From assembly GCA_029856105.1 (NCBI GenBank), contig JAHQWH010000189.1:1-64000 (forward strand): 64,000 nucleotides of DNA, read 5' to 3'. The position numbers were made by a program, and so were the translations under genes. Each line of letters opens with the position of its first letter. The stretch's first letter is position 1. The notes below the pieces were generated by a model. It was not told the origin of the DNA and did no database searches. It was given only the letters and a program-made list of their open reading frames with translations. This document shows, piece after piece, positions 30,822 to 40,867 of the stretch. The stretch comes from Promethearchaeia archaeon. Lineage in GTDB: Archaea; Asgardarchaeota; Lokiarchaeia; Sigyniarchaeales; SOKP01.

Positions 30822-31910
30822 TTAAACGGTTAAATAAGTAATTAATGTAGTTTGTATTGCACTTGGAGCTTTTTCTAGATTTGACAATTTAATGCCAACG
30901 AGTCTAACTTTCTTGTTCATTATTGAAAATTGATTTAATAAATCAACAACTACTCTCATTACTTTATTCTTATCTTGAATATGATGAGCAAAAGATTTTG
31001 AGCGAGTGTACGTTAAAAATCCTTCAAGTCTTATTTTTAAAGTTACCGTTCGATAAAATATCTTATTTTTAATTACTTTTTTATGAATTTTATTATTTAA
31101 TTCTTTAAGTTTAGTCAAAATTACTTTGAAATCATCCGTATCCTCATAAAAAGTTCGTTCCTTACTAATAGATTTTCTATCACCGCTAAATTCTTTCACT
31201 TCTCTATCATCAAAACCATTAGCAACTTTCCACACCCATTCACCATTTTTACCAAACAACTGAATCATTTTATGGAGTGGAATATTAATAATATCACCAA
31301 TCGTATTAATGCCTTTTTTATTGTAATACAATTTAGTTTGTTTTCCAATTCCGGGAATACGAGTAATATCCAAATCTTTTAGAAAAAGCTTTATATTTTG
31401 AGGTTCAATTACGGTAATTCCGTTAGGTTTATTACAATCAGAGGCTATTTTTGCTATAGATTTAGTCGAAGCACATCCAATCGAGATTGTAATACCTACT
31501 TTTTTTTGAACTTCGTCTTTTAATTTTTCAGCTAAATCTCTAACTTCTATATAATTTATACACTTATCTGATATGTCTAGATATGCCTCGTCAATACTTA
31601 CTTGTTGAAATATATCTGAATAGGAATTAACAACCTCCATTACTTCTTTTGAGGCTTTATGGTATTTCTCAAAATTGGGATGAAGATAGATTCCATGAGG
31701 ACATCTTTTATAAGCTTGGGATATGGGCATTGCTGAATGGAGTCCGAATTTTCGGGCTTCATAGTTACAAGTACTGACTACACCTCTTCCTTTTCCCTCT
31801 TTTGGGTCTGCTCCTATTACTATAGGTTTTCCTATATATATTGGGTTATCTCGTTCCTCAACAGCAGCAAAAAAACAATCTAAGTCGCAATGTAAGATAA
31901 AATGGCTCAT
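30822..31910 (-). CDS. dinB: DNA polymerase IV (Y-family)
   Basis: HCDLDCFFAAVE, CNYEARKFG, SIDEAYLD, KPNG. Confidence 0.96.
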   Translation of the reverse strand: MSHFILHCDLDCFFAAVEERDNPIYIGKPIVIGADPKEGKGRGVVSTCNYEARKFGLHSAMPISQAYKRCPHGIYLHPNFEKYHKASKEVMEVVNSYSDIFQQVSIDEAYLDISDKCINYIEVRDLAEKLKDEVQKKVGITISIGCASTKSIAKIASDCNKPNGITVIEPQNIKLFLKDLDITRIPGIGKQTKLYYNKKGINTIGDIINIPLHKMIQLFGKNGEWVWKVANGFDDREVKEFSGDRKSISKERTFYEDTDDFKVILTKLKELNNKIHKKVIKNKIFYRTVTLKIRLEGFLTYTRSKSFAHHIQDKNKVMRVVVDLLNQFSIMNKKVRLVGIKLSNLEKAPSAIQTTLITYLTV

Positions 31911-32088
31911 TTTTAATCGTTTTTAATAAATTGCATTAATTTAAACATTGTAAGTATATCCAAATAAAATAAAAAAAGTTAGACTATGTTGAATTATTAA
32001 TTTAAAATTGCAAAATCACATAATTCATCTCTAATGAATGTCTAATTCTATGAAATACATTTTTAATCAATCTTTAATTTAAAATCAT

Positions 32089-32775
32089 ATGGAAACGGAT
32101 AAGTTAGAACAACTTCGAAAAACGGTTGTAAGAGGTGCTCAAGAGATATATAATAAAGGGTTAGTTGAGGATGGAGAAGGTAATGTTAGTGTAAGAATTA
32201 ATAAAAATGAAATACTAGTTACGCCCACTTCAACAAAATATAACTTACTAAGTCCTGAGCTGATTGTCCATATGGATTTAGATGGAAATGTATTAGGTTC
32301 AGGTAAAATTCCATCCACGGAAGTTAAAATGCATCTTGCTGTTTATAAGGATAGACCTAAAGTTAAATGTGTTATCCACACTCATTCTCCTTATATTACT
32401 ATGCTTTCAGTTCTAAGAAGAGGCATTCCAATTATAATGGAACAACAATTAATTTTCCTTGGTGGAGAAATTAGATGTACTGAAATTACCGAAGCCCACA
32501 CAGAAGAAATGGGACTAAGTGCGTTGAAAGCGCTAAGTAGAAATAACGGAGCGATACTCGCAAATCATGGGGCTATCATATGCGGAAAATCTGTTGATCA
32601 TGCAGTTCGGTTTGCTATAATATTAGAAAAGTTGGCAAAAGTGTATTGGGGTGCACTACAAATTGGAGATCCATTATCTATCCCTAAGGAAAACCTTGAA
32701 GAACACGAGAAGATGTTTAACGGATTATTTGCTTGTTATCCACGAAAAATGAGGAGTAAAAACCCAAATAGTTGA
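32089..32775 (+). CDS. Class II aldolase/adducin family protein (fuculose-1-P aldolase-like)
   Basis: GNVSVR, PSTEVKMH, HTHSPY, NHG. Confidence 0.9.
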   Translation: METDKLEQLRKTVVRGAQEIYNKGLVEDGEGNVSVRINKNEILVTPTSTKYNLLSPELIVHMDLDGNVLGSGKIPSTEVKMHLAVYKDRPKVKCVIHTHSPYITMLSVLRRGIPIIMEQQLIFLGGEIRCTEITEAHTEEMGLSALKALSRNNGAILANHGAIICGKSVDHAVRFAIILEKLAKVYWGALQIGDPLSIPKENLEEHEKMFNGLFACYPRKMRSKNPNS

Positions 32776-33611
32776 TTTTTATGGAATTAGGTATCAGTTC
32801 TTTAGGAGATATTATCGACTTTGGACTTAGTAACAAGTGGAAGAATGTTGATGATTTTTTGTTTAAATCCACAGAAGCATGTCTTAATTTTGCCGAAGAA
32901 CAAGACATTGCTGTGGTAGAAATAGTTATAGATCCACAAAATATATTTATAAACGAGATAAAACAAAAATTCGTTGACTTGATGAGTTCTTATTCTATGA
33001 AAAAGCAAGTCCATGGTCCTTTTATCGATGTAAATTTATGTTCACACAATAATTCGATTTCTCAAGCTTCAGTAGAAGCCTATATTGAAACATCTAAACT
33101 TTGTGAAGAAGTAAATGTTAATATGATGACAATACATCCCGGTTTAGCGAACTTTATGATAGAATCAATTAGAGAATATAACAAAATTCAGTTAACCAAG
33201 GCGATTGAGACTTTATTAGATTTCACAAAAAACCTTAATTTAACGATTTGCTTAGAAAATATGCCCAAAAATACTAATATCATGTTAGATGAAAATAATA
33301 TTTACGAAATATTAAGGAAAATTAATAGAACTGATCTTTTTCTTACCTACGATACGAGTCATTTTTATACTAACAACGGAAATGTAGAGGATTTATGGGA
33401 AACATCCCATAACATTATCAAGAATGTACACTTAGTTGATAATTTCACTAAAGAAACCGATACACACCCGCCTCTAGGCAGTGGAAAGGTCAAATTTAAA
33501 GAAATCTTAGAAATTATCAACAGTTACAACTATAAAGGAGCTCTAATTATAGAACTATCCTCTAATAAGAAATTACAAGAGAGTATCGATTATATTAACC
33601 GGTTTTTGTAA
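32772..33611 (+). CDS. Sugar phosphate isomerase/epimerase (xylose isomerase-like TIM barrel)
   Basis: HGPF, IHPG, LENMP, DTSH, HLVDN, H.PLGSG, IIE. Confidence 0.88.
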   Translation: MIFMELGISSLGDIIDFGLSNKWKNVDDFLFKSTEACLNFAEEQDIAVVEIVIDPQNIFINEIKQKFVDLMSSYSMKKQVHGPFIDVNLCSHNNSISQASVEAYIETSKLCEEVNVNMMTIHPGLANFMIESIREYNKIQLTKAIETLLDFTKNLNLTICLENMPKNTNIMLDENNIYEILRKINRTDLFLTYDTSHFYTNNGNVEDLWETSHNIIKNVHLVDNFTKETDTHPPLGSGKVKFKEILEIINSYNYKGALIIELSSNKKLQESIDYINRFL

Positions 33612-33823
33612 ACAAATGCGAATATTCCATGATACGAAACTATTATTTTTAGAACAGCATTAATTTTTTTTACATTCTATTCTGCGTAATTTTTAAGGCC
33701 CATACTCTATCAATAATCTACAATCTAAATTCGCAATATAGTCTTGGAGAAAATTCTTAAATATTTATTAATAATTAAAATACTTAGTTTACTTTTTTAA
33801 AGACAAAATTGTCGTGTTTGATT

Positions 33824-35032
33824 ATGAAATTTTCTGCGTTTGGAGAAAGATTTTTATTTTTAGCACATCGTATAGACAAACACAATAAGGGATATGTAGA
33901 TTTTTATATTGGTCCAAAAAAAATACACGAAATCGTTGACAATGAGGTTATAACTTCACCAAACAAACTATTAACCGATTGCAAAGCTCTACAAAAAGAT
34001 TTGTCTAAACAAGGTTACGATAAAAAACGCGAGCGATACATAGAGAAATTACTCAGAGCAATGGAGTCTTCCATCGAAATTCTAAACGGTAGCGAGATTT
34101 CTATTAAGGAACAATTTTTAAGGCAGTATGATGTAGTCTTACAACCAGTTAAAGAATCTGAATTAGATAACTTAAAAGAAGAGTTTAACGCAGCATATGG
34201 TGGTCCTGGGAGCTTAGAAAAACGAATGAACAATTTAAGAGTACGACGAACTGTTCCGGAGGGTAAAGTATTTGAACTATTTAAAAAGGCTCTCAACATC
34301 ACGAGAGAGCGAACTAAAGATTTATTTGTCGATCTCTTACCTGAAAATGAGCATGTAAATTTAGAGTTAGTAAAAAATAACAATAAAAATAAAGCAAAAT
34401 GGTCTTATTACAATTGGTACTTGGGTAATTTTAGCTCCCGAATAGAGGTTAACCCGAATTATAACATGTATTGGACTGCATTTTTGTCTGCTGCCGCTCA
34501 CGAAGGGTACCCTGGCCATCATACAGAATTTACTGTTAAAGAACAGAGGTTATATCGCGAGTTAAATCAATTTGAACACTCAATTCTGCTACTAAATTCG
34601 CCCAAGTTAATAATTAGCGAAGGTATAGCGAATACAGCAGTTAATGTGCTTTTTTCTTATCGAAACCAAGCAGAAATTAGTTTACGAGAATTTTGTCTAA
34701 ATTCTTCAAAGGAAGATCCTCTTGATATTTTAATGAAACAAAATAAAGTGAAAGTAAAAACTCATCTTTTTTTGTATAATCTTGCATATTACGCGCTTAT
34801 TGACGGGTGGAGCGAGGAGAGATTAATTCGGTACGCAACCAGTTTTGAAATCTTTAGTCAAGAAAACATTAAAAATCAATTAAAATTAATATTTAATCCA
34901 GTATATTCAACTACTGTTTTCTCGTATAATCTAGGAACAAATCTCATAATAGATAAATACGGAGACCTTCTGAAAGTTAAGGACTTTCAAAACCTATTAG
35001 TAACCGCAATCTTTCCCTCAGATCTGGTGTAA
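33824..35032 (+). CDS. DUF885-like zinc metallopeptidase-family protein
   Basis: HEGYPGHH motif plus ISEGIA. Paralog of 62880-63998. Confidence 0.75.
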   Translation: MKFSAFGERFLFLAHRIDKHNKGYVDFYIGPKKIHEIVDNEVITSPNKLLTDCKALQKDLSKQGYDKKRERYIEKLLRAMESSIEILNGSEISIKEQFLRQYDVVLQPVKESELDNLKEEFNAAYGGPGSLEKRMNNLRVRRTVPEGKVFELFKKALNITRERTKDLFVDLLPENEHVNLELVKNNNKNKAKWSYYNWYLGNFSSRIEVNPNYNMYWTAFLSAAAHEGYPGHHTEFTVKEQRLYRELNQFEHSILLLNSPKLIISEGIANTAVNVLFSYRNQAEISLREFCLNSSKEDPLDILMKQNKVKVKTHLFLYNLAYYALIDGWSEERLIRYATSFEIFSQENIKNQLKLIFNPVYSTTVFSYNLGTNLIIDKYGDLLKVKDFQNLLVTAIFPSDLV

Positions 35033-35672
35033 GGCTACAATAATTGCATATATTGATTTTAATATAATATTTTATGCTAAATCATAGATTTATGTTTAAG
35101 ATTTTCTCAATTCCTTTTAATAATTTATCTTCTGAAAACTTGCATTATCTTCTTAAAGAATTTTTAATGAAAATATTAATTTAGAATAGATTTATTCTAC
35201 ATTGAAATAAATGTTTATTTAATAATCCTCAAATACGATTTGAGAGTTCGATAATTAATGTTATTCGCTTTTTATTTTTTAGGGGTTTAAATAAATATTA
35301 TCAATTAATTAATTAGTTTTGAAGAAACTAAGTATAAACATTTATATTCGGTTTCAAATTTTAAAGAAGAAGATATTAATTTCATTTCATTTAACAAATA
35401 GAGTGAAGAAAATGCCTGGTCAACCATATATCATACCATAAATGGATGTTTTATATAAAAACATCATATATTTTCCTTTCTTTTTTATACTTATTGTCGG
35501 TATTCCGATAATCATCCACCGCTGAGATCGGGGAAAGTTGCCTTTAAAGGGATTTTAGAAACTATAAGGTATTATCAATATAAAGGGGTTTAACCCAAAA
35601 ATTTCTCTAAAATTAATTTGTTTAATAGAAATTTTATACACTTATTTATGAAATAGTCTTATAAAATATATA

Positions 35673-36065
35673 ATGAAAATCATATCTCTTCAAATTAGCG
35701 ATGACTTGTTAGATAGGTTTGAAAAAGTTCGAAATCAGAGTGGATTTAGTTCAAAAAGCGAAGCGTTAAGAGATTCGATAATAAAATTCATTGAAATTCA
35801 TGAAAGTTTCGAAAACTTAGAAGGATATCGAATTATGACGATAAATCTTGTCTATCCATTTAAAGAACCTATTGCTGATGAAATTTCTGAACTTTATCAC
35901 AAATTTCACACCATAATCAAGGCCGTTACCGATTGGAGAATTGCAGAAAAAAAAATTGAAATAGTTTTAGCCGTGGGTGAAATTGGTGTTATAAAAGATC
36001 TTTATCAAGCTATATCTAAGATCAAAGACGTAATAAGCTCAATCCACGAAGTCATAATCGATTAA
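35673..36065 (+). CDS. NikR-like ribbon-helix-helix regulator
   Basis: N-terminal RHH (IISLQISDDLL...SKSEALRD) followed by an ACT-like domain. Confidence 0.75.
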   Translation: MKIISLQISDDLLDRFEKVRNQSGFSSKSEALRDSIIKFIEIHESFENLEGYRIMTINLVYPFKEPIADEISELYHKFHTIIKAVTDWRIAEKKIEIVLAVGEIGVIKDLYQAISKIKDVISSIHEVIID

Positions 36066-36076
36066 TTAATTCACAT

Positions 36077-36931
36077 TTAATCAAATCGAAGTGAAAAATC
36101 TACAAATTCGGTAGGTTTTTGCGTGAGCACACTTGTACTTATTATATCGGGCTCGGATATTAAATAATCAACTATATTATCTTGCGTGATATTTCCCGAA
36201 ACTTCAATAGTGACATTTTCGCGTAAATTATGCTTTTTTAATAAGTTAATCGCATCTTGTACGCTATCAGGATTCATATTATCTAACATTATTATATCTG
36301 CTCCGTTTTGTACAGCAATTAGAACATCCTCAACTTTTTCCACTTCAACTTCTATCTTTTTTGTGAAACTAACGTTGTTTTTCACATCTATGAGAAGTTC
36401 TGCGACATTTCCGTTATAAAATTTTAAGTGTGTTGACTTTAAAAGCACCATATCATCTAAGTTAAAACGATGTGTATCTCCTTTTCCAAAATCTACGGCT
36501 TTTTTTTCAAATAATCGTAAACCAGGAAGGGTTTTTCGAGTACATGCTATTTTAACTATTTTCCCGGATTTTTCAATTATCTTAACAAATTTACGCGTTG
36601 TTGAGGTAATTGCGCTCATATGGCTCATAAGATTTAAACCCACTCTTTCGCCTAACAAGATATCTTTAGTTTTTCCACGTAATTCTACTATTACATCTCC
36701 ATTTTGGATTTGATCGCCATCTTCTTTCCTGAGAGTAACATCAACTTCTAAAATATGAAATAATATCTCAATTTCTTCTATACCCGATAAATACCCGTCA
36801 CTTTTAGCAATAATCTTAGCGGACGAAATTGAATCCGAAGGGATTGATTTTGAACTAATATCAATAAACATACAATCTTCGTGCAAAAACTCTCTTATTT
36901 TTTTTTCAATTAAAATGCGATTAAAACTCAT
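36077..36931 (-). CDS. nadC: Quinolinate phosphoribosyltransferase
   Basis: CTRKTLPG, HRFNLDD, EVEVE, IMLDN, EVSGNI. Confidence 0.95.
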   Translation of the reverse strand: MSFNRILIEKKIREFLHEDCMFIDISSKSIPSDSISSAKIIAKSDGYLSGIEEIEILFHILEVDVTLRKEDGDQIQNGDVIVELRGKTKDILLGERVGLNLMSHMSAITSTTRKFVKIIEKSGKIVKIACTRKTLPGLRLFEKKAVDFGKGDTHRFNLDDMVLLKSTHLKFYNGNVAELLIDVKNNVSFTKKIEVEVEKVEDVLIAVQNGADIIMLDNMNPDSVQDAINLLKKHNLRENVTIEVSGNITQDNIVDYLISEPDIISTSVLTQKPTEFVDFSLRFD

Positions 36932-36987
36932 TTTTACCAGATTCTTTAAGCAGTATTATTATTATAGATTAAACACTAATTAAAATT

Positions 36988-37650
36988 ATGCATGGCATTG
37001 ATAAAATATTTATTGAAACTAATGAAATTAGGCTTGAAGCCGAGTTTTTTCAGTTGAAAAACTCGGTTGTTTTAATTTGTCACCCACATCCTCAATTTTT
37101 CTGGGTTTGAAACCCTAAAAAGGGAAAATATGGGGGCAATATGTACAACAATGTCGTATCTGGCGTTTTTAATATGTGTGTTCAAAATAAAATTTCATGT
37201 TTACGGTTTAATTTCAGGGGAGTAGGAAGTTCAACAGGAAGTCATACTAGTGGAAAGGGCGAGTTAAGCGATGTGGAAGCTTGTATTGATTTTTTAATAA
37301 CCGAGAAAAATATTGAAAAAATAATAATTTGTGGTTATTCCTACGGCGCTGCTATCGGGTGTTCTGTTGTAAATTTTTCTAAGAAAATAATTGGTTATTG
37401 TGCAATTTCTTTTCCTTGGGATTTTATGGGCTCAAAATATAAAAAACTTTCTCAAACTAAAAAACCAAAATTGTTTATTCAAGGGAATCGAGATACTATA
37501 GCACTCTATGAAAATTTTGAAAACCATTATAATTTCTATTTCGAACCAAAAAAGTATAATATTATTAATGGAGCCGACCACTTTTACTCGGGATTTGAAG
37601 AAAATGTCGCACAAGAAGTAAGCGAATTCTACAATTCGATTACAAAATAA
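36988..37650 (+). CDS. Alpha/beta hydrolase, join(36988..37094,37128..37650), 209 aa after removing the putative intron
   Basis: The ATG at 36988 is in frame (MHGIDKIFIET...ICHPHPQ|YGGNMYNNVV). Also RFNFRGVG, nucleophile GYSYG, QGNRD and ADHF. Confidence 0.9.
37095..37127 (+). other. Putative BHB-type intron in alpha/beta hydrolase mRNA, 33 nt
   Basis: CCCACA-TCCT-CA^A-TTTTT.CT.GGGTT-TGA-AACCC.T.AAAAA-GGGA-AA^A-TATGGG: 4-bp helix TCCT/GGGA, two 3-nt bulges, inner and exon stems, in-frame TGA in the loop. Removal gives CCT CAA TAT GGG. Confidence 0.85.
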
Positions 37651-37704
37651 GATATTATGAGATTTTTAATAAGAAAAGAGAAGTATCAGAAAAACTGATG
37701 TTCC

Positions 37705-38103
37705 TTAAATGGAAGATAACTTTTCTAAATCTGGTCTAGCATTTTCAACCGCCCAATCGAGGAGTTGGTCGTAATAAGATTCAATTTCATTAGATTCCGG
37801 ATTTTTTGATAGTACCGCTAAAATGAATTGCGTTTTTTTATCTGACATAATTATATTTCGACAAATAATAAAATCTTCTGAATATTTAATCTTTATACTA
37901 GAAAGTAAAGATAAATTCATCTCCTCAGACGCGTTTGATGCAGCATCACTTAATAATGAGCCCATGGCTGCAACAACCCGCTCATCAATGTCTTCTGATT
38001 TTTGCGATGCTAAAACTAATCCTGCATTTGTAGCAAGAAGAGAAGCCCTAAAATTACCATTATCATTTAATTCTTTGAGAACTTGGTCAAGTCTGCTTAC
38101 CAT
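37705..38103 (-). CDS. Roadblock/LC7 domain protein
   Basis: LDQVLKEL...ASLLATNAGLVLAS...VAAMGSLL pattern. Confidence 0.85.
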   Translation of the reverse strand: MVSRLDQVLKELNDNGNFRASLLATNAGLVLASQKSEDIDERVVAAMGSLLSDAASNASEEMNLSLLSSIKIKYSEDFIICRNIIMSDKKTQFILAVLSKNPESNEIESYYDQLLDWAVENARPDLEKLSSI

Positions 38104-38204
38104 AAGAAATATTCACTCATTAAGTATTATAAACAATTTTATAAAAATTCTCTCTTAACTTTGATATTATAAATATTATGAACAATTTAGTATTAAATTT
38201 TACC

Positions 38205-38729
38205 TTATGTCTTTTTTATGTTTATTACAAATGTGGATAAAATATTATCTTCGTCAATCTTTAACGTTATTACGCTTGGCCTCGCTATAGGTTTTTCAAA
38301 GCCTCTTTTTGGAATAGGTGCTTTAGGTTTTGTAGGACTTCCCGGATTAATTAATAAAGTATTGTAAGGTGTACCTGCTATGAGTGGCTGATGTGTATGT
38401 CCAAAAATAAGGATGTGGAGGTTATTTCGCTTAAAAAAGTCTTCTAAATTATCAGGTTTCTTGTGAATTACACCAATGTTATAATTTTCAACATGGAATT
38501 TAATAAATGTCTCTAATCCCGTTATTTCATCTAAATCGCTTTTTACGCATCTAACTGGAGCGATATTTTTCAAATCTTCTAAAAAAAAAGGTTCACATAC
38601 ATCTCCAGCATGTATGATTTCGTCAACATCTTCGAAGGCTTCTTTTAATTGATTAATTAAAGTTTCAACTAGATTAGGTTCGTCGTTCTTTGTTATGTGA
38701 GTATCTGAAATTATCCCTAATTTTACCAT
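38205..38729 (-). CDS. YfcE/MJ0936-family metallophosphoesterase
   Basis: ISDTH, HAGD, FGHTH, NPGS. Confidence 0.9.
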   Translation of the reverse strand: MVKLGIISDTHITKNDEPNLVETLINQLKEAFEDVDEIIHAGDVCEPFFLEDLKNIAPVRCVKSDLDEITGLETFIKFHVENYNIGVIHKKPDNLEDFFKRNNLHILIFGHTHQPLIAGTPYNTLLINPGSPTKPKAPIPKRGFEKPIARPSVITLKIDEDNILSTFVINIKKT

Positions 38730-38741
38730 TTTTTTTCTTTG

Positions 38742-39812
38742 CTATAATATAATTACTCCAATAGTAAAAATAATCAAACCGAATAAAAAATCCATCATTA
38801 TCCTAACAATTTTTTTAAACCAATTCTCTCCGATCTCATTATCATTTTTGAAATATGAAAAAAATTCTTTAAAACCTATTGATAAAATTTCTTTGATTCG
38901 AGAGAATTGCCAAACAAACAAAAATATACTAATAACTAATAATGGAACATAAACAATGAAGCTCATTAATGAAAAATCGTTACCGTGTATAAAATTCCAA
39001 ATTGAATGGGCAGAAATAATATTATTTACTGCATGAGCAAAAATTACTGGAAATATCCAACGTCGTCTTAAAACCAGCATCGCAAGAATAATTCCTACTA
39101 AAAAAGTCTGTAAAAACCAAATAATAGGAAAAATTATTGGTAACCCGATACCAGGTATCGCAAAAATATAATTAAAATGTCCTAAACCAAAAAAAAAGGA
39201 AGTAACAATTACGGCAGACATTTTTTTAAAGTAAACACTTCCTCTATTAGCTAAAAAACCTCTAACTAATGTTTCCTCATATATAGCGACAGAAATTTGT
39301 ATTATAATAACAGATAGAAGAAACACGTAATAACTCTCCATAAAGTAAGAGTTGTAAGATAATTCATCCGTAGGGTTTATAACTATGGACGAATAAGATA
39401 GCATTTCAGGTAAAAATAAATACCCAAAAAAATCTAACGGTATAAAAATTAAAAAAAGTAATAATATCCCATATAAAAGCTGATATTTAAAATTCTTTTT
39501 TGTAATATTAAATAAAGATAAAAAGTTCTTTGAAGGGCTGACATCCTCTTCTAAAATTAATTTTTTTCTTTGAGGCACCATTATAAAATTGGATAAATAT
39601 AGAAATAAAGGAATCGCAACGATAATAATTGCCGCTCTCACTATAAAAAAAAGAGGTTCAAAAATTATAGATTCAAAATCAATAAAGAAAGGTAGTAGAA
39701 AAGTAGGAATTAACATAAAAATAAAGATTCCAAGAAAAATAATTAGAACTTCGAAGAAATAATATATTCGTTGATTAAATATTGTTTTTAAAGGGTTTTT
39801 AGGTCTTCTCAT
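38742..39812 (-). CDS. CPBP (CAAX/Abi) intramembrane protease
   Basis: EETLVRG, FGLGH, HAVNN and multiple TM helices. Confidence 0.9.
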   Translation of the reverse strand: MRRPKNPLKTIFNQRIYYFFEVLIIFLGIFIFMLIPTFLLPFFIDFESIIFEPLFFIVRAAIIIVAIPLFLYLSNFIMVPQRKKLILEEDVSPSKNFLSLFNITKKNFKYQLLYGILLLFLIFIPLDFFGYLFLPEMLSYSSIVINPTDELSYNSYFMESYYVFLLSVIIIQISVAIYEETLVRGFLANRGSVYFKKMSAVIVTSFFFGLGHFNYIFAIPGIGLPIIFPIIWFLQTFLVGIILAMLVLRRRWIFPVIFAHAVNNIISAHSIWNFIHGNDFSLMSFIVYVPLLVISIFLFVWQFSRIKEILSIGFKEFFSYFKNDNEIGENWFKKIVRIMMDFLFGLIIFTIGVIIL

Positions 39813-39870
39813 AATTTATCTATCTCTAACAACAAGTTCTATGAATAACAAATAATTAAATCGAAATATA

Positions 39871-40845
39871 TTAAATTTTTTTATTTGAAGCATTCAAAAA
39901 AAAATTTATTTCCTTTCTACTTGGAATCCCATTTCTTGCCCCTAATTCTTGTATACAGTTCCCAGCTACAAAATTTCCGATTTTTACATTATTTTTAAGG
40001 TGTTCAAATTTTAAGTTTATATCACGAACAAAACCATAAATGAATCCCGCTGAAAATGCGTCACCCGCTCCAGTAGTGTCAATTAAACTACTTACTTTTA
40101 TTGGATGTAGAAGTTCTGCTCTACTGTTGGTTAGTAATAATGCTCCTTTTTTGCCTAATGTAGTAATAATAACTTGTATACCTAAATTAAATAGGGTACT
40201 CGATTTTTCTTGGATTAAATCTTCGTTTAAATCACATTGTTCTATATCAAAAAGAGTTGCATATTCATTTTGAGAAAGAATTAATATATCAATTTTCTCC
40301 AGCAATTTTTTAATGTTCTTTAAACCTTGTTCGCTGATTAACATACCAGGATTTAAAATAACAGGTATTTTGTTGTTTCTACAAATAATAGCGGCTTCAA
40401 TAAATGGTTCTAAATTTTTTAAGCTACTTAAGAAAATTACTTTTGTATTTATCAATTCTTTTTCTAAAAGATCTTCCTTTGAAAGATAATTTGCGGCACC
40501 ACTATGAGCATATATTCTTCGGTCTCCTTTTTCATTTAAAGCAATATAGGCAGAACCAGTTCCATGGTGCTCAGAATATTTAATAAACTTAGTAGCAACA
40601 TTTACTCTCTTGAAATCGTTAAGTATTTTTTCGCCAAAAGTATCGTGTCTCCCTAACTTTCCAATGAACGCTGTTGATAATCCCATTTTCGCACAAGCAT
40701 AAGCAGTATTAGCGGCTGCTCCACCAGATAATAAAGTTAAGTCTGATACGAATACTTCATCATCATCAGCAGGATGTCTTATTACTTGAGCTACCATATC
40801 AACAAGGGCGGCCCCTATACAAATTACGTCAAAAATCTCAATCAC
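39871..40845 (-). CDS. PfkB-family carbohydrate kinase
   Basis: GGAAAN, DTTGAGDAF. Confidence 0.93.
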   Translation of the reverse strand: MIEIFDVICIGAALVDMVAQVIRHPADDDEVFVSDLTLLSGGAAANTAYACAKMGLSTAFIGKLGRHDTFGEKILNDFKRVNVATKFIKYSEHHGTGSAYIALNEKGDRRIYAHSGAANYLSKEDLLEKELINTKVIFLSSLKNLEPFIEAAIICRNNKIPVILNPGMLISEQGLKNIKKLLEKIDILILSQNEYATLFDIEQCDLNEDLIQEKSSTLFNLGIQVIITTLGKKGALLLTNSRAELLHPIKVSSLIDTTGAGDAFSAGFIYGFVRDINLKFEHLKNNVKIGNFVAGNCIQELGARNGIPSRKEINFFLNASNKKI

Positions 40846-40867
40846 ATTATATATTTTTTAAATGAAT

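Noticed and set aside
35490-35520. Eukaryote-like SECIS on the minus strand (ATGA + hairpin)
   Set aside because: There is no matching GA on the 3' side, the stem is too short and no selenoprotein gene is adjacent.
37108-37110. In-frame TGA as selenocysteine
   Set aside because: It sits in an 11-codon insert absent from the family motif, not at a Cys-equivalent site. No SECIS was evident, and the parallel case uses TAA.
38275-38330. Possible stop-free in-frame intron in the phosphoesterase (KAPIPKRGFEKPIAR extension)
   Set aside because: No inner stem or bulge-helix-bulge geometry was found, so it is more likely a protein loop. Stop-free introns elsewhere cannot be excluded by eye.
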